A DNA stretch of 64,000 nucleotides from an uncultured Spirochaetota bacterium (GCA_963820525.1 CAWGAA010000001.1:1376001-1440000); one strand, 5' to 3'; shown: positions 20,430-31,068, counted from the first letter of the stretch. Numbers and translations are program-made. The notes: generated from the letters alone by a model not told the origin.

Positions 20430-20574
20430 GACGCCTTCCTCTTGCGTCCCGGGACGCTCATCCTGCTGCTCCCGTTCCGTCACCTCGCCGTCGCGAAGCT
20501 CGCAGATCCTTTTCCCAGCAGCTCCGCCTCGAAACGATCCTGCGTCACCGGGTATCAGGGACTAGGACATTCCC

Positions 20575-20760
20575 TCACGCCTTCTTTATTTCTATCTGCA
20601 GCTTTTTGAGGGTGGCCGCGCCGTAATACTTGCAGCCTCTCTGAACGTCATCCGGTTCGATCTTATGCTCCTCCAGGAGCTTCTTCACTTTACCCAGCGA
20701 CACTCCCAAAGCTTCCGCAAGTTTTGCCGCCGTATACAGTGAATCCTTCATTGGTGCCAT
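20575..20760 (-). CDS. Small basic HTH-like protein
   Basis: LYTAAKLAEALGVSLGKVKK; GGAG SD upstream. Confidence 0.55.
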   Translation of the reverse strand: MAPMKDSLYTAAKLAEALGVSLGKVKKLLEEHKIEPDDVQRGCKYYGAATLKKLQIEIKKA

Positions 20761-20891
20761 GACGCGACTCCTTCCGTATGTATCATGAATCATATTCCCT
20801 CTCGTACGGCAGTCAAGTCAGATAACCGGGGCAATCTCGAGTGAACCTGGATTGGCCGCCGCTGACAAAATGAGGGTTTGCGGTGCAATCG

Positions 20892-21212
20892 CTACTGGAG
20901 CACTGATTTCGGTGTGGGCAAGAGCGGATTGACGACGATCGAAGAGATATCCAGCATCGTTTCGACTTTTGGCTCGATTGTCTTCTTCCAATGCCCGCTC
21001 CCGTACACCTTTGTGTACAGCCTCTTGCGTTCCGCCTCGTCCTTGAACCTTCGAAGCCAAACATAGAGCGTGGGGTCCTCCAGCGCGGTGAAGCTCCCAG
21101 CAACTACCATACCTTTGGACACTTGAAATGGGATGATCTCCTCCTCCATGAGCTTCACCCATTGTTTCATTTTTCCTTTTTTTATTCGATACTGCCGAAG
21201 CTCGTAAATCAT
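20892..21212 (-). CDS. NIPSNAP family protein
   Basis: MIYELRQYRIKKG..YVWLRRF..LLPTPKS; AGGAGG SD. Confidence 0.85.
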   Translation of the reverse strand: MIYELRQYRIKKGKMKQWVKLMEEEIIPFQVSKGMVVAGSFTALEDPTLYVWLRRFKDEAERKRLYTKVYGSGHWKKTIEPKVETMLDISSIVVNPLLPTPKSVLQ

Positions 21213-21425
21213 CAAATCCTCCTTATGCCGTCCACTCATCGGGCCTGGGGCGTGTGCCCACGAGAGGGGCCCGCCAGTCGACCACTCTAAATATCGGTAC
21301 CATTTTCCTCTTGGCGACCACGATGGCCCACAGGGACTGTTGAATGCAAACGATCTCTCTTTTCAACTGCGCCGGGTTTTGCCCCGCAGGGCTGTCCAAT
21401 AGCTATGGAGGCGCTTTCCGCAGGC

Positions 21426-23522
21426 TTACACGTGGTAATCTTTGCGCAGCGCTTCCCGGACACAGTAGGTGCCGGCGGCGAACACCCAGCCCAGCGCTCC
21501 CCAGGTGTCGCCTTTCTTGATCAGCCCGTCATCGACTCCCTGGTGGCTGCAGGCAAAACCTTCCTCCTGCATGCCCTCACCACAGAGCCCATAGAGGCTG
21601 CCCGGCAAAGAGAGAAGCTGTTGCGTGCCATGGAGAATCAACTCCGACACATCGCGATAGACGCGCTCCCCTGTCTGGGCGGAAAGCTTCAGCCAGCCGG
21701 GAAGAAACCACAACGAGTAATTGTCCACCACCCCGGCCCCCCAGAGTATGCTGATGCCGCCCCACCCCCTCGATTTGAAGGAATAGGAGTGCAGGCGCGT
21801 GCCCTCCTCGAATGGAACGTCCCAGAGATGGTTCCACGTGAGGGCCATGCCGCCCGCGCGGGCGGCGCCGCTGAGGTAGTCACGTTCCCCCGTCAGATCG
21901 TACAGCCCCAAAAGAGCCATCATGGGATAGGCCATTCCTTCCTTATCCACAATATTGGGATTGTCCAGCGTGCCTCCGCAATAATTCACGCTCTGGATGA
22001 CTTCCTCCAGAAGCCAATCGCCGGCGCGCAGGGCTGCGTGAAGAAACGCCTTATCTCCGGTCAACCCATGGAGCCGCACAAGAAAAGGAATGACGGTCGA
22101 CGTAGAGGACTTGTTTGCACGCTCGCTTGCTCCAAACCATTCCGCCGGCGTCGTGATTGCAAGCCCGCTCTGCGAATATGCGCGGTACCAGGATCCATCC
22201 CCATTCTGCGTTCGCAAAAAGAATTGACCGAGCTCTGACGCTGCCGCCGGAACGCCGGGGTCCCTCAAAACCGAGGCGAGCAGGCACAGATCCTGACCCG
22301 CCTCCGCCATATTGCGCACATAGTTGCCTGCCGGAGCATCCTTCACGCCATAATGCAAGCAAGACCCGATCTCGTCGCCAAAGGGGGCAATGGCGCGATG
22401 CCGGGCAGCATCGTACAGGGTGTGGAGGAAGCCGCTCGGTGTTCTGCAGGCCTGGAGGAACGAGCGAGTGATCTGCGCAGCGGCACGCAGCCAATCATCC
22501 TTCCCCCAACTGGCCAGCATGAAGGCATTGTTGAGCTGGCGGCCGGTAAAGCCGTATTCCAGGATCCGGGGAAACACTTCGCTTTTCAGGGTGTTGAAGC
22601 CGGTCCCATAGCCGCTCGGCGCCGACTCCCTGCCTACACGGGGATCGAAGTTCAGCGCGAGCCCCGTATGGCCGTTCCAGTTCCGCACAAGCCCGGAAAG
22701 ACACGTTATCCGCGCTCGAACGCAATCAGCCGGATCGCGGTCGGACCTTACCGGCTCGGGCCTGCTGTGCTTATAGGCGCGAGCATAGGCTTCAAAGCAG
22801 GCTTTATCAAAGCCTTCGGCGCTAAAACCCTCGATGAGGTACGTTGCCACGATTCGACGAGTGGGATGGGGAGGCAAAAATGCCATGAAAGGTTTCAGGG
22901 ATCTGCCGTGCATCCTGCTGGATGGGAGCTCCGCATACGGGATGCACGCCGCCAGAGATGGCGACTGCTGCCTCCGGTCGAATCCGATGCCGCCGATTTC
23001 AGTCGAATGAAGGAACTCGCTTTCGCCCGGCTTGCGGTCGGCCGCCGCGCTCATCTGCGCCGGGACCAGGCGATTCAGCAGGATCGCCTCCCCCGTTCCT
23101 TCATTGTATGCCATGACCAACGGATACGATGTGCGCTCTTCCGACACGATCGCATGGCCCTTCGCGTCCTCGACGGGGCAATAGTCATAGCAGGCGCCGG
23201 GGATGAAAAACTTCCACGTCCCCTGCGCGATTGCGACGCTGAATCGAACGTTGACTCCCTGCCCTGAATCGGATCGGCCGCTCACCAGAATCTCGCGCGT
23301 CAGCCGCACGCCCCGGGGCGTTCTCTCCCACACATCGACCAGGTGAAGGTCCATGCCTCCGACTCTGACATCCGCGATTCCCCGGAACGCCTGCACACGC
23401 ACCTCTTCAAGGCCGTGGTAGCTCAGGGGGTGCGGGGATTCGTTTCTTATGGAGAACTGCGATTCAACGGCGCGTCCATCGAGGTTCACGGAGTTGTCGA
23501 TCTTCTCAAGAATAAATCGCAT
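21426..23522 (-). CDS. Uncharacterised cytoplasmic (alpha/alpha)-barrel glycoside hydrolase-like protein A
   Basis: 698 aa, last gene of a sugar ABC operon. Six-hairpin-like repeats (LHGLTGDKAFLHAA, LYDLTGERDYLSGA), QNGDGSWYRAY, GGTLDNP. Confidence 0.7.
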   Translation of the reverse strand: MRFILEKIDNSVNLDGRAVESQFSIRNESPHPLSYHGLEEVRVQAFRGIADVRVGGMDLHLVDVWERTPRGVRLTREILVSGRSDSGQGVNVRFSVAIAQGTWKFFIPGACYDYCPVEDAKGHAIVSEERTSYPLVMAYNEGTGEAILLNRLVPAQMSAAADRKPGESEFLHSTEIGGIGFDRRQQSPSLAACIPYAELPSSRMHGRSLKPFMAFLPPHPTRRIVATYLIEGFSAEGFDKACFEAYARAYKHSRPEPVRSDRDPADCVRARITCLSGLVRNWNGHTGLALNFDPRVGRESAPSGYGTGFNTLKSEVFPRILEYGFTGRQLNNAFMLASWGKDDWLRAAAQITRSFLQACRTPSGFLHTLYDAARHRAIAPFGDEIGSCLHYGVKDAPAGNYVRNMAEAGQDLCLLASVLRDPGVPAAASELGQFFLRTQNGDGSWYRAYSQSGLAITTPAEWFGASERANKSSTSTVIPFLVRLHGLTGDKAFLHAALRAGDWLLEEVIQSVNYCGGTLDNPNIVDKEGMAYPMMALLGLYDLTGERDYLSGAARAGGMALTWNHLWDVPFEEGTRLHSYSFKSRGWGGISILWGAGVVDNYSLWFLPGWLKLSAQTGERVYRDVSELILHGTQQLLSLPGSLYGLCGEGMQEEGFACSHQGVDDGLIKKGDTWGALGWVFAAGTYCVREALRKDYHV

Positions 23523-23535
23523 GCGGATCTCCCGC

Positions 23536-24354
23536 TTATTTCAACCCCGCGGCCATGCCGAGCCCGGCAACGATCCGCTTGTTCAGGAAGATGTAGATCA
23601 CGATCACCGGCAGGACCGCCAGTATCATCGCAGCGAACGCCTGGGTGAAATTGGCGGTATATGTGGCAACCAGAAAACTGATGGCAACCTGCACCGTGCG
23701 GCTGCCGTCTCCCTGGGAGAGGAGCAGGGCGTAGAGCAGCTCGTTCCAACCGATGATGACCAGGAAGATGGAGGCCGTGATCGCTCCGGGAAGCGCGAGG
23801 GGCGCCGCGATGTGAAGGAAGGTCTGATGCACCGAAGCGCCGTCAAGGAGGCTCGCCTCGATGAACTCGGCGTACACGGCCTCCCTCATGTGCGTGCTGA
23901 TGATGAGAAAGGCGGTAGGCACGGAAACCCCCGCATAGACGAGCGCGATTCCGATGTCGCTGTTGTAGAGACCGATGCGGCTTATCATCAGGAAATAGGG
24001 GATCATGAAAGCACTGGTCGGTACGAAGAGCCCGAAGACGAGAAGGGAATGGAAGATCCGCTTCAGCGGGAAGCGGAACAGGAAGGCGAAGGAGGCCAGG
24101 AGCGCGATCACGGTGCCCAGGAGCGTGGATGCAAGGGACACGAACAGTGAGTTCATCAGGTAGAGAACCATCGGCTGCTCGGTCAGGACGCTGGCATAGT
24201 TCTGGAGGCTCCAGCGGATCGAAGCGAATGCGAGGGGGCTGGAGAAAAACTCGCGGTTGGGCAGGAAGGAGGAAAAGAGCAGCCACACAAGGGGGAACAG
24301 GATCACGATAAGAAAAAGGAGCAGCGCGATCCAGCGCAGGATCCGGCCGATCAT
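23536..24354 (-). CDS. Carbohydrate ABC permease (MalG-like)
   Basis: EASLLDGAS EAA loop, WNELLYAL. Confidence 0.9.
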   Translation of the reverse strand: MIGRILRWIALLLFLIVILFPLVWLLFSSFLPNREFFSSPLAFASIRWSLQNYASVLTEQPMVLYLMNSLFVSLASTLLGTVIALLASFAFLFRFPLKRIFHSLLVFGLFVPTSAFMIPYFLMISRIGLYNSDIGIALVYAGVSVPTAFLIISTHMREAVYAEFIEASLLDGASVHQTFLHIAAPLALPGAITASIFLVIIGWNELLYALLLSQGDGSRTVQVAISFLVATYTANFTQAFAAMILAVLPVIVIYIFLNKRIVAGLGMAAGLK

Positions 24355-25229
24355 GACCACCTCCTGTCCGCGGCTCGCTGGAGGAGGGAGATGAGGCCCA
24401 TGAAACATGCCCCGCTTGCTATGGAAAAAAGCCCGGCTGACATCGTAAGCCCGAACTCACGCGCCCTCGTCATCTGGTAGAACATGAACAAAGGGAGCGT
24501 TATGGTGGCGTTGCCCGGTCCGCCCGAGGTCATGATGAGCGGATACTCGATCATCTTCAGGCAGAAAGAGGCGTTGAAGAGGATGTTGATGACGATCGCC
24601 CTCCTGATGAGAGGGAGCGTAATGAACAGGTCCTGTTGGGCCTTGTTCGCGCCGTCGATCTGGGCCGCCTCGTAGTATTCGCGCGGAATAACCGTCAACT
24701 GCGCGATGAAGATGAGCATCGTGAAGCCGACGTAAAGGACGAAGGGCAGCATGTTGGCTATCAGCGCGCTGCCTGTGCGGGAAAGCCATGAAAGGGCAAA
24801 ATGCGGCAAGCCGACAGCACGGAGGATCCCGTCTATCGGGCCGATCGTAGGGTTCAGCAGGAAGTACCACAAAAGGGCAAGCGAGGCGACCGAGAGCACG
24901 TTGGGAACGAAATAGACCGTGCGGAAAAAAGCCCAGCCCGGCGGCTTTCTGTACAGCACAAGCGCGATGAGCAGCCCCAGCGGCGTATGGATGAGGGTGC
25001 CCACGGAGATCCAGATCGCGGAGTTTGCCAGCGCTGTCATGAAGTCGGGGCGCCCAAGCAGGGCAGCGAAGTTCCTCGCGCCCACATACGCCATCGTGGT
25101 GATCCCATCCCATCGAAACAGGCTTACCGGGACGGTGTATGCAATGGGATAAAGATAGAATGCCGCGATCACGAGGAGGGCAGGCGAAAGGTACAGAAGC
25201 GCCGTGGAGAAGCGGATCTTGTTCTGCAT
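24351..25229 (-). CDS. Carbohydrate ABC permease (MalF-like)
   Basis: YYEAAQIDGAN, TSGGPG. Confidence 0.9.
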   Translation of the reverse strand: MQNKIRFSTALLYLSPALLVIAAFYLYPIAYTVPVSLFRWDGITTMAYVGARNFAALLGRPDFMTALANSAIWISVGTLIHTPLGLLIALVLYRKPPGWAFFRTVYFVPNVLSVASLALLWYFLLNPTIGPIDGILRAVGLPHFALSWLSRTGSALIANMLPFVLYVGFTMLIFIAQLTVIPREYYEAAQIDGANKAQQDLFITLPLIRRAIVINILFNASFCLKMIEYPLIMTSGGPGNATITLPLFMFYQMTRAREFGLTMSAGLFSIASGACFMGLISLLQRAADRRWS

Positions 25230-25282
25230 GTCCGAGCCCCGGCGGGCCGCGCCTCATCGGCGCGGCCGCACAGAAGCGGGGT

Positions 25283-26560
25283 TTACTGGCTGTTTGCTTG
25301 GTCCAGCGCCGCGGCAAACTCCGCCGGGGACATCTTGTTCAAGGCGAGCTGCTCGACGAGGCTCGGCAGCTGATTCATCGTGGGCGGCTTCAGAATGCGC
25401 GTGATCTGCACCATGCGCTGATCCGCGGTCGATGCAAGCTGGATGTTCGCCGCGAGCTTCGCGCCTGCCTGCGTCTGCTCGTCAGGCGTCAGGCTCAGCT
25501 TGCTCGCGAAGATGTCCTTCCCCTTGATCGCGAACTCTTTCATGATGGGCTCGGAGGTGTAGGTCTTCAGGAAGTCGACCACCGCGGTCTTTTGAGCGCT
25601 GCTCAGACGCGCACTTGCGGTCCAGGGCGTATTCGCATCTGTCACCACAAGGGACGGATCGCCCGCCTTTAGTCGGGGCGCGGGGGCCGCGACTGCCTGC
25701 GACGGGTCCTTCATCTGCCCCTCGAGGATGCCGATGAGCCAGGGTCCGTCTGCGATCACCGCGGTGCGGCCGGAAACGAAGTCCTGCACGCTCACGGCCC
25801 ATTTTCCTCCCACCGCGTCCGCCGCCGCGTACTTGAACAGCTTCTGCAGCATTGTCGCCGCCTGGACCATGGCGGGCGAGTTGAGGGACTTCGAGAATAC
25901 ATTCGGGCCGCCGGCCTCACCCGCGAAGTAGGTGAGGAGGTTGGTTGCGTGCCAGGCATCGTCAGCCGTGAACAGGGAAGCAGCGCCGACGCCGGCGCTC
26001 TTCAGCTTGTCCGCCATAGCGAAGAACTCGTCCCAGGTCTGCGGAGGGGAGGCGATACCGGCCTGCTGCAGCAGGGCTTTATTGAAATAAAAGATTACGG
26101 GACCCTGCTCCATCGGGATGGCGAGAAGCTGGCCGTTGTACGTCATGGTATCCAGATCGCTCTGATAGAAACGGCTCTTCCACTGCGCATCCATAGAGGG
26201 CGTGAAGTTCATGAGCTGGCCCGACTTGAACAGAGAAAGGTCGTTGGGGTTGAAGTTGAAGTAGAACACGTCAGGCGGCTCGTTCGCGGCGACCATGGTG
26301 CGGATCTTCTGCTGCATGGGCTGCCAGTCGGCGAAGTAGCTGAGCTGGATGTTTACCTTTCCGGCATGCTGGTCGTTGTACTGCTTCACAAAATCACGCA
26401 GCACCACTCCCCGCGCTTCCTGGGGGGTGAAGTGGAAATACACGGTGAAAGTCACCGCCTTGCCCTGAGCCGACTCCGTCTGTCCCGCCGAGAAGACCAA
26501 CGCGCTTGAAGCCAGAAAGAGGGCGGAAGCAAGGGCAATCCATTTGTTTCTCATGTTCAT
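25283..26560 (-). CDS. Carbohydrate ABC solute-binding protein
   Basis: Signal peptide ending FSAGQTE; PPDVF, FYFNKALL, PQTWDEF. Confidence 0.9.
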   Translation of the reverse strand: MNMRNKWIALASALFLASSALVFSAGQTESAQGKAVTFTVYFHFTPQEARGVVLRDFVKQYNDQHAGKVNIQLSYFADWQPMQQKIRTMVAANEPPDVFYFNFNPNDLSLFKSGQLMNFTPSMDAQWKSRFYQSDLDTMTYNGQLLAIPMEQGPVIFYFNKALLQQAGIASPPQTWDEFFAMADKLKSAGVGAASLFTADDAWHATNLLTYFAGEAGGPNVFSKSLNSPAMVQAATMLQKLFKYAAADAVGGKWAVSVQDFVSGRTAVIADGPWLIGILEGQMKDPSQAVAAPAPRLKAGDPSLVVTDANTPWTASARLSSAQKTAVVDFLKTYTSEPIMKEFAIKGKDIFASKLSLTPDEQTQAGAKLAANIQLASTADQRMVQITRILKPPTMNQLPSLVEQLALNKMSPAEFAAALDQANSQ

Positions 26561-26607
26561 ATCTGTCTCCTCCTCAACCTTTGATATTCCAGGCGATTCT
26601 GGAAGCG

Positions 26608-26652
26608 ATTGTAGAGGATACTACCATTTAAGTCAAGTGCCAATAACCATTA
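26608..26652 (-). promoter_or_regulatory. Promoter/operator of the left sugar operon
   Basis: TTGACT(26636-26631)-17 bp-TACAAT(26613-26608), with ATGGT boxes flanking the -35. Confidence 0.7.
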
Positions 26653-26732
26653 TACAAAATCAGGCTAAATATGATATAGTTGCCATTTTACAGGCTTTCT
26701 GAGTCTCTGGATTTGACGGTTGCGGAATTCCC

Positions 26733-27869
26733 TTACACCGCACGCGAGGGAGTAGAGCAGCTCTCTCGTATTTTCAACTCAGGCGAAAGGAGGACCTTGG
26801 TGACCGGCAGAGAGCGATTCCTGATGCGGCTGAGAATCTGCCTGCAAGCCTGCTTGCCGAGATCGAGCGTCGGGCTGTGAACGGTGGTGAGTGGCGGACT
26901 CGAGTGCAACGCGAGAGAAATGTCGTCGAATCCAACGATACTGAGTTCCTCGGGAATCCTTCGGAGATTCTTCAATCCGGCCGCGGCGCCAATCGCAAGG
27001 GTATCACTTGCGCAGAAGAGGGCGGTCATATCCGACGCCTGCTTCATGAGCGTCTGCGCCGCGATCGATCCATCGTCAACGGTCCAGCCGTCGACCTGAA
27101 TGACGAGGTCCTCCGCGAAAGAGACTCCGAACTCGGAGAGGGCCTTGAGATACCCCTCGAATCTGTCCCGGGCAGGGAGAGAGCTTCTTGGGCCGCGCAT
27201 GCAGCCGATCTTTCGATGGCCAAGCCCGAGGAGATATTTGGTGGCTTTGTGGGCTCCGCTCATGTTATTGACGCTCAGGGAATCGAACCGCTGATCGATG
27301 TCGTCGATACTCGGGTTGATGAGAACACAGGGAAGGCCGAGTTGCACTATCTGGTCCACGAGGTCGTTCGAGCTCGTTTCGGCTAGAAGGAACCCATCGA
27401 CCTTCCTGCCGAGGTCGGACACGATCTCCCCGTTCTCCCTCTCGTCATCATCAAGATAGGAGAAGATAAGGTGCCGCTTGGAGGCGCGGAGCTCAGCCTG
27501 AATGCCTTCCATGACCCTGTAGTAGTAAAAGTCGTCCTGAATGTTGCGCACCGGAACATGCTGTCTGCCTACCAGGAAACCGATGGTCCCGGTCTCCCGT
27601 GATTCCGCCTTATTTGCATCGAAATCCTTTGCTATATAGCTGCCGCTTCCCACCGTGCGGGTGACTACCCCCAGGTTGACAAGGCCGAGGATAGTGTTTC
27701 GCGCTGTGGTTCGGCTCACTTTGTAGAGCCTGGTGAGCTCCCGTTCGGAAGGGATCTTGTCTCCCGCCACCAGTTGTCCAGTCTTGATCTGGTCAAGGAG
27801 GATTTCCTTCAGCTGGTCTACGAGAGATTTATCCTGGCGTTTTATGAGTTGATCCATACATGACCCCAT
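26733..27869 (-). CDS. GntR-wHTH/LacI-sensor regulator (AraR-like)
   Basis: IPSERELTRLYKVSRTT..GSGSY N-terminus; LGHRKIG, SIVGFDD, PPLTTV C-terminus. Confidence 0.9.
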   Translation of the reverse strand: MGSCMDQLIKRQDKSLVDQLKEILLDQIKTGQLVAGDKIPSERELTRLYKVSRTTARNTILGLVNLGVVTRTVGSGSYIAKDFDANKAESRETGTIGFLVGRQHVPVRNIQDDFYYYRVMEGIQAELRASKRHLIFSYLDDDERENGEIVSDLGRKVDGFLLAETSSNDLVDQIVQLGLPCVLINPSIDDIDQRFDSLSVNNMSGAHKATKYLLGLGHRKIGCMRGPRSSLPARDRFEGYLKALSEFGVSFAEDLVIQVDGWTVDDGSIAAQTLMKQASDMTALFCASDTLAIGAAAGLKNLRRIPEELSIVGFDDISLALHSSPPLTTVHSPTLDLGKQACRQILSRIRNRSLPVTKVLLSPELKIRESCSTPSRAV

Positions 27870-27880
27870 GCCTTGTAATG

Positions 27881-27974
27881 GTTATATCCACTACTCCGCA
27901 TGATGTCAATGGAAAACGCTGAACTTAATTTATGGTTATAATCACTTGACAACAATGGTATCCTTATCTATGAT
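27881..27974. promoter_or_regulatory. Divergent promoters (regulator / right sugar operon)
   Basis: Minus strand: TTGACA(27909-27904)-17-TATAAC. Plus strand: TTGACA(27946)-17-TATGAT(27969). Several ATGGT boxes. Confidence 0.75.
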
Positions 27975-28025
27975 TAATGGTCATTTAGTGGACTGACCAT
28001 ATTTGAGATAGAGAGGAGGAGAGAC

Positions 28026-29246
28026 ATGAAGAGACTCATTTCCCTGATTTCCATTGTTTTTCTCATGGCGGCGCTCGGACTGCCGGTGATTGCCGCTGCG
28101 GCTCCTGCGCAGGTCAGTCTCGGCTACTCCGGCGGTGTCTGGATCGAGAAATACTTCGACCAGGTTGTCGCCAGCCTTGGACAAGCCATGCCCGCAGTCC
28201 AGGTTAAGAAGGTGGTCTATCCCACGTACGACGATCTTCTCAACGGACTTCCGACACAGGTTGCCGCAAAGACGAATCCCGACATCCTGTACTGGACCAA
28301 TGAACAACTCGCGGATTACGTCAACAACGGCGTGCTGGCTCCCCTCGATCAACTGGTTCCGCAGACTCACATCGATCTGGCGAGCTTCTACAAGGGCCTT
28401 GTGCAGGGCTGGACGATGAACGGCAGTCTCTACGGCATTCCCTTCAACGGGCAGAACTCCGCGATGGTCGTGAACCTCGATCTGTTGAAAAAGGCCGGAA
28501 TTTCGGGGTTGCCGAAAACGATCCAGGAACTGGGCAAGGATGCCTCTCAGATTGCAGCCAAGACCGGTGGAACGGGCCTGGTTATTCTGGACAACCTGTT
28601 CCATCTTTCCCAGTACGTCTATGCATTCGGCGGCGGCTGGGGAAACGGGAAGACCATCAATTCGCCGCAGAACGTTCAGGGACTGCAGTTCCTTGTGGAT
28701 CTCTTCACGAAACAGAAGGCCGCTGCAACCGCTAAACAACTCGGCGCCGGCTGGGACGGCGAGGCATTCGCCAAGGGAAACGTGGGCTTTTCAACGGGCG
28801 GACCCTGGTACATCGGCTACATGCAGCAGGCCGGCCCCAATGTGCGCTACCAGCTCATGCCGATCCCCACGAGCGCCGGTGGAACGGCGATGGTGACCTA
28901 CGGCGGAGGGCTCTCGATATTCGCGAACGTGCAGGACACGCAATCGTCCATCCGCGTCATCGAGTTTTTGACCAACGACGACAACATGCGGCTGATGGCC
29001 ACAAGCGCTTTGAAGTACCTGCCTGCCAAGACCAAGTACATGGATCTCTACGTGCAGATCGTTCCGGAGTTTGCGCCGCTCAAAGATGCATTTTTCAAAG
29101 GAACTGCGCTCGATTATCCCCCGGCTATCAAGGAGTTCGGAGACGAGCTGATAAAGGGATTCGAGCAGATGGCCTTCCAGTCCGGTGGCCAGCTGACGCC
29201 GCAGAGCCTGCTGGCGACGCTGCAGCAGAAATACGGATCCAAGTGA
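28026..29246 (+). CDS. Carbohydrate ABC solute-binding protein
   Basis: Signal peptide; PDILY, LYGIP, NLDLLKKAG, GPW. Confidence 0.9.
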   Translation: MKRLISLISIVFLMAALGLPVIAAAAPAQVSLGYSGGVWIEKYFDQVVASLGQAMPAVQVKKVVYPTYDDLLNGLPTQVAAKTNPDILYWTNEQLADYVNNGVLAPLDQLVPQTHIDLASFYKGLVQGWTMNGSLYGIPFNGQNSAMVVNLDLLKKAGISGLPKTIQELGKDASQIAAKTGGTGLVILDNLFHLSQYVYAFGGGWGNGKTINSPQNVQGLQFLVDLFTKQKAAATAKQLGAGWDGEAFAKGNVGFSTGGPWYIGYMQQAGPNVRYQLMPIPTSAGGTAMVTYGGGLSIFANVQDTQSSIRVIEFLTNDDNMRLMATSALKYLPAKTKYMDLYVQIVPEFAPLKDAFFKGTALDYPPAIKEFGDELIKGFEQMAFQSGGQLTPQSLLATLQQKYGSK

Positions 29247-29275
29247 ACAGGCGCTGAACGAAAGATTTCGCGAAG

Positions 29276-30205
29276 ATGCCTCCTGGCACGCTCTCATCGT
29301 CGGGATCGCATTGGCGGCGGCGGCACGCAGAAACGGCCGCCGCCTACATCCTGCTTGCGCCGGCATTGCTCCTCCTGGGGGTATGGTTTATCTATCCGAT
29401 TCTCTCTTCATTCGTCCTGAGCTTTCAGACGGTCAATATCTTCCATTACTCACAGAGACGTTTCATCGGTCTGGTCAACTTCCAGCAGCTCGCAAGCGAT
29501 CCTGTCTTTCGCTCTACGATCCGCATCACCTTCACGTTTGTTCTTTTGGTCGTGCCCGCCCAAACCTTTCTCGCGTTGCTCGCGGCGGTCGTCGTACAGA
29601 GCACGGGCAGGATGCGAACACTCTATCGCACGGTCTTTTTTGTTCCCTACGTCACCTCAACAGTTGCGGTGACGGCTGTCTTCATGGATCTTTTCACGCT
29701 TCATTCCGCACTGCCTGAGTTATTCAGCCACGTCGGTCTTCCTGACGTCAGCTGGTTCGCGGACGTTCGTCTCGCGCTTGTCTTTCTCGCCATGATCTAC
29801 GTCTGGATGAACCTGGGATTGTACATGGTGGTATTTCTGTCGGGGCTGCAGACGGTCCCCCCCGAGTTGTACGAGGCCGCCCGGGTGGACGGCGCGAACA
29901 AGCTTCACGAGTTCTTCTATATTACGGTTCCTTCCCTGCGACCGTTCGTGTTCTTCGTTTTCGTCTCGGGAATGATCGCGGCATTCCAGGTCTTCGATCA
30001 GGCATACGTCATTTCGGGGGGTACCGTGCTCGGCGGACCGGCCGGTGCCACCAGCACTATTGTGATCTTCATATTCGCGCAAGCATTCCGATACAACAAG
30101 CTCGGGTATGCAAGCGCCGCCGCGGTGCTCTTCCTCGTCATTGTCACCCTTGCGACAACCGTGCTGCGGCGGGCGTTCAGGGAGGAGACACGTGGAACGC
30201 GATAG
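29276..30205 (+). CDS. Carbohydrate ABC permease (MalF-like)
   Basis: GLQTVPPELYEAARVDGAN, LGYASA. Confidence 0.9.
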   Translation: MPPGTLSSSGSHWRRRHAETAAAYILLAPALLLLGVWFIYPILSSFVLSFQTVNIFHYSQRRFIGLVNFQQLASDPVFRSTIRITFTFVLLVVPAQTFLALLAAVVVQSTGRMRTLYRTVFFVPYVTSTVAVTAVFMDLFTLHSALPELFSHVGLPDVSWFADVRLALVFLAMIYVWMNLGLYMVVFLSGLQTVPPELYEAARVDGANKLHEFFYITVPSLRPFVFFVFVSGMIAAFQVFDQAYVISGGTVLGGPAGATSTIVIFIFAQAFRYNKLGYASAAAVLFLVIVTLATTVLRRAFREETRGTR

Positions 30206-31043
30206 GTTGCGCGCAGGGAGGACGCCCAAGCATACCCGCATGGTACTCGCTGTTCTTAAATATGTGGTCGTATCATTCGTGGGGGTCATGCTTCTGACCC
30301 CGCTGCTCTACGCAGTCTATTGTTCTCTTGAGCTGCCGAGGGATTACGGCCGCTTTGTGGGATTCGCAGGCCTGACGCTGTGGAATTACGGGCAAGTGAT
30401 CACTCTCGTCCCTATCCTCAGGTGGTACCTCAACACAATTGTGGTCACCGCCATCATCATGGTGGGCAATTTCGTCGTGAACACGCCCGCGGGTTACGCG
30501 CTGGCCCGCCTCGATTTCTGGGGCAAGCGCGCCGTCTTCATTCTCATTCTCTCCATCATGATGATCCCCCTGCAGGCGTACCTGATCCCCCTCTATCTGA
30601 TGGTGGCGAAGCTTCGATGGCTGAACAGCTATGCCTCCCTGACCATCCCCTTTATTGTGTACTGCTTTTTCATTTTCCTGATGCGCCAGTTTTTCCTCAC
30701 CATCCCCCGCGAATTCGACGATGCGGCCGAGGTAGACGGCCTGGGGAAAATCGGGACCTTCTTTCGCATAGCCCTGCCCCTGTCGCCTCCGGCGCTGGTA
30801 ACCCAGGCGGTCCTCGGATTCACAATGACGTGGAACAGCTTTCTCATCCCCGTCACGATGACCAACGATAAGAGCTTCTTTGTCCTTACCGTGGGATTGA
30901 ACACCCTCAAATCCCAATACTACGACTTTCCCACGGTTACCATGGCGGGCGTTATACTCCTGAGCGTTCCGGTGATCGCCGTCTTCATCGTTTTTCAAAG
31001 GTACATAGTTCCAAGCCTGGCTTCGAGCGGAATCAAGGGGTGA
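30192..31043 (+). CDS. Carbohydrate ABC permease (MalG-like)
   Basis: GTG start after GGAGG; AGYALARL, LMRQFFLTIP, DAAEVDG. Confidence 0.9.
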   Translation: MERDRLRAGRTPKHTRMVLAVLKYVVVSFVGVMLLTPLLYAVYCSLELPRDYGRFVGFAGLTLWNYGQVITLVPILRWYLNTIVVTAIIMVGNFVVNTPAGYALARLDFWGKRAVFILILSIMMIPLQAYLIPLYLMVAKLRWLNSYASLTIPFIVYCFFIFLMRQFFLTIPREFDDAAEVDGLGKIGTFFRIALPLSPPALVTQAVLGFTMTWNSFLIPVTMTNDKSFFVLTVGLNTLKSQYYDFPTVTMAGVILLSVPVIAVFIVFQRYIVPSLASSGIKG

Positions 31044-31068
31044 ACAACGGGAGGTTGAGCGGCATGAA

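Noticed and set aside
16581..21300. Genomic island integrated at tRNA-Leu
   Set aside because: No integrase, and I saw no duplicated tRNA 3' end; downstream genes have host-like composition
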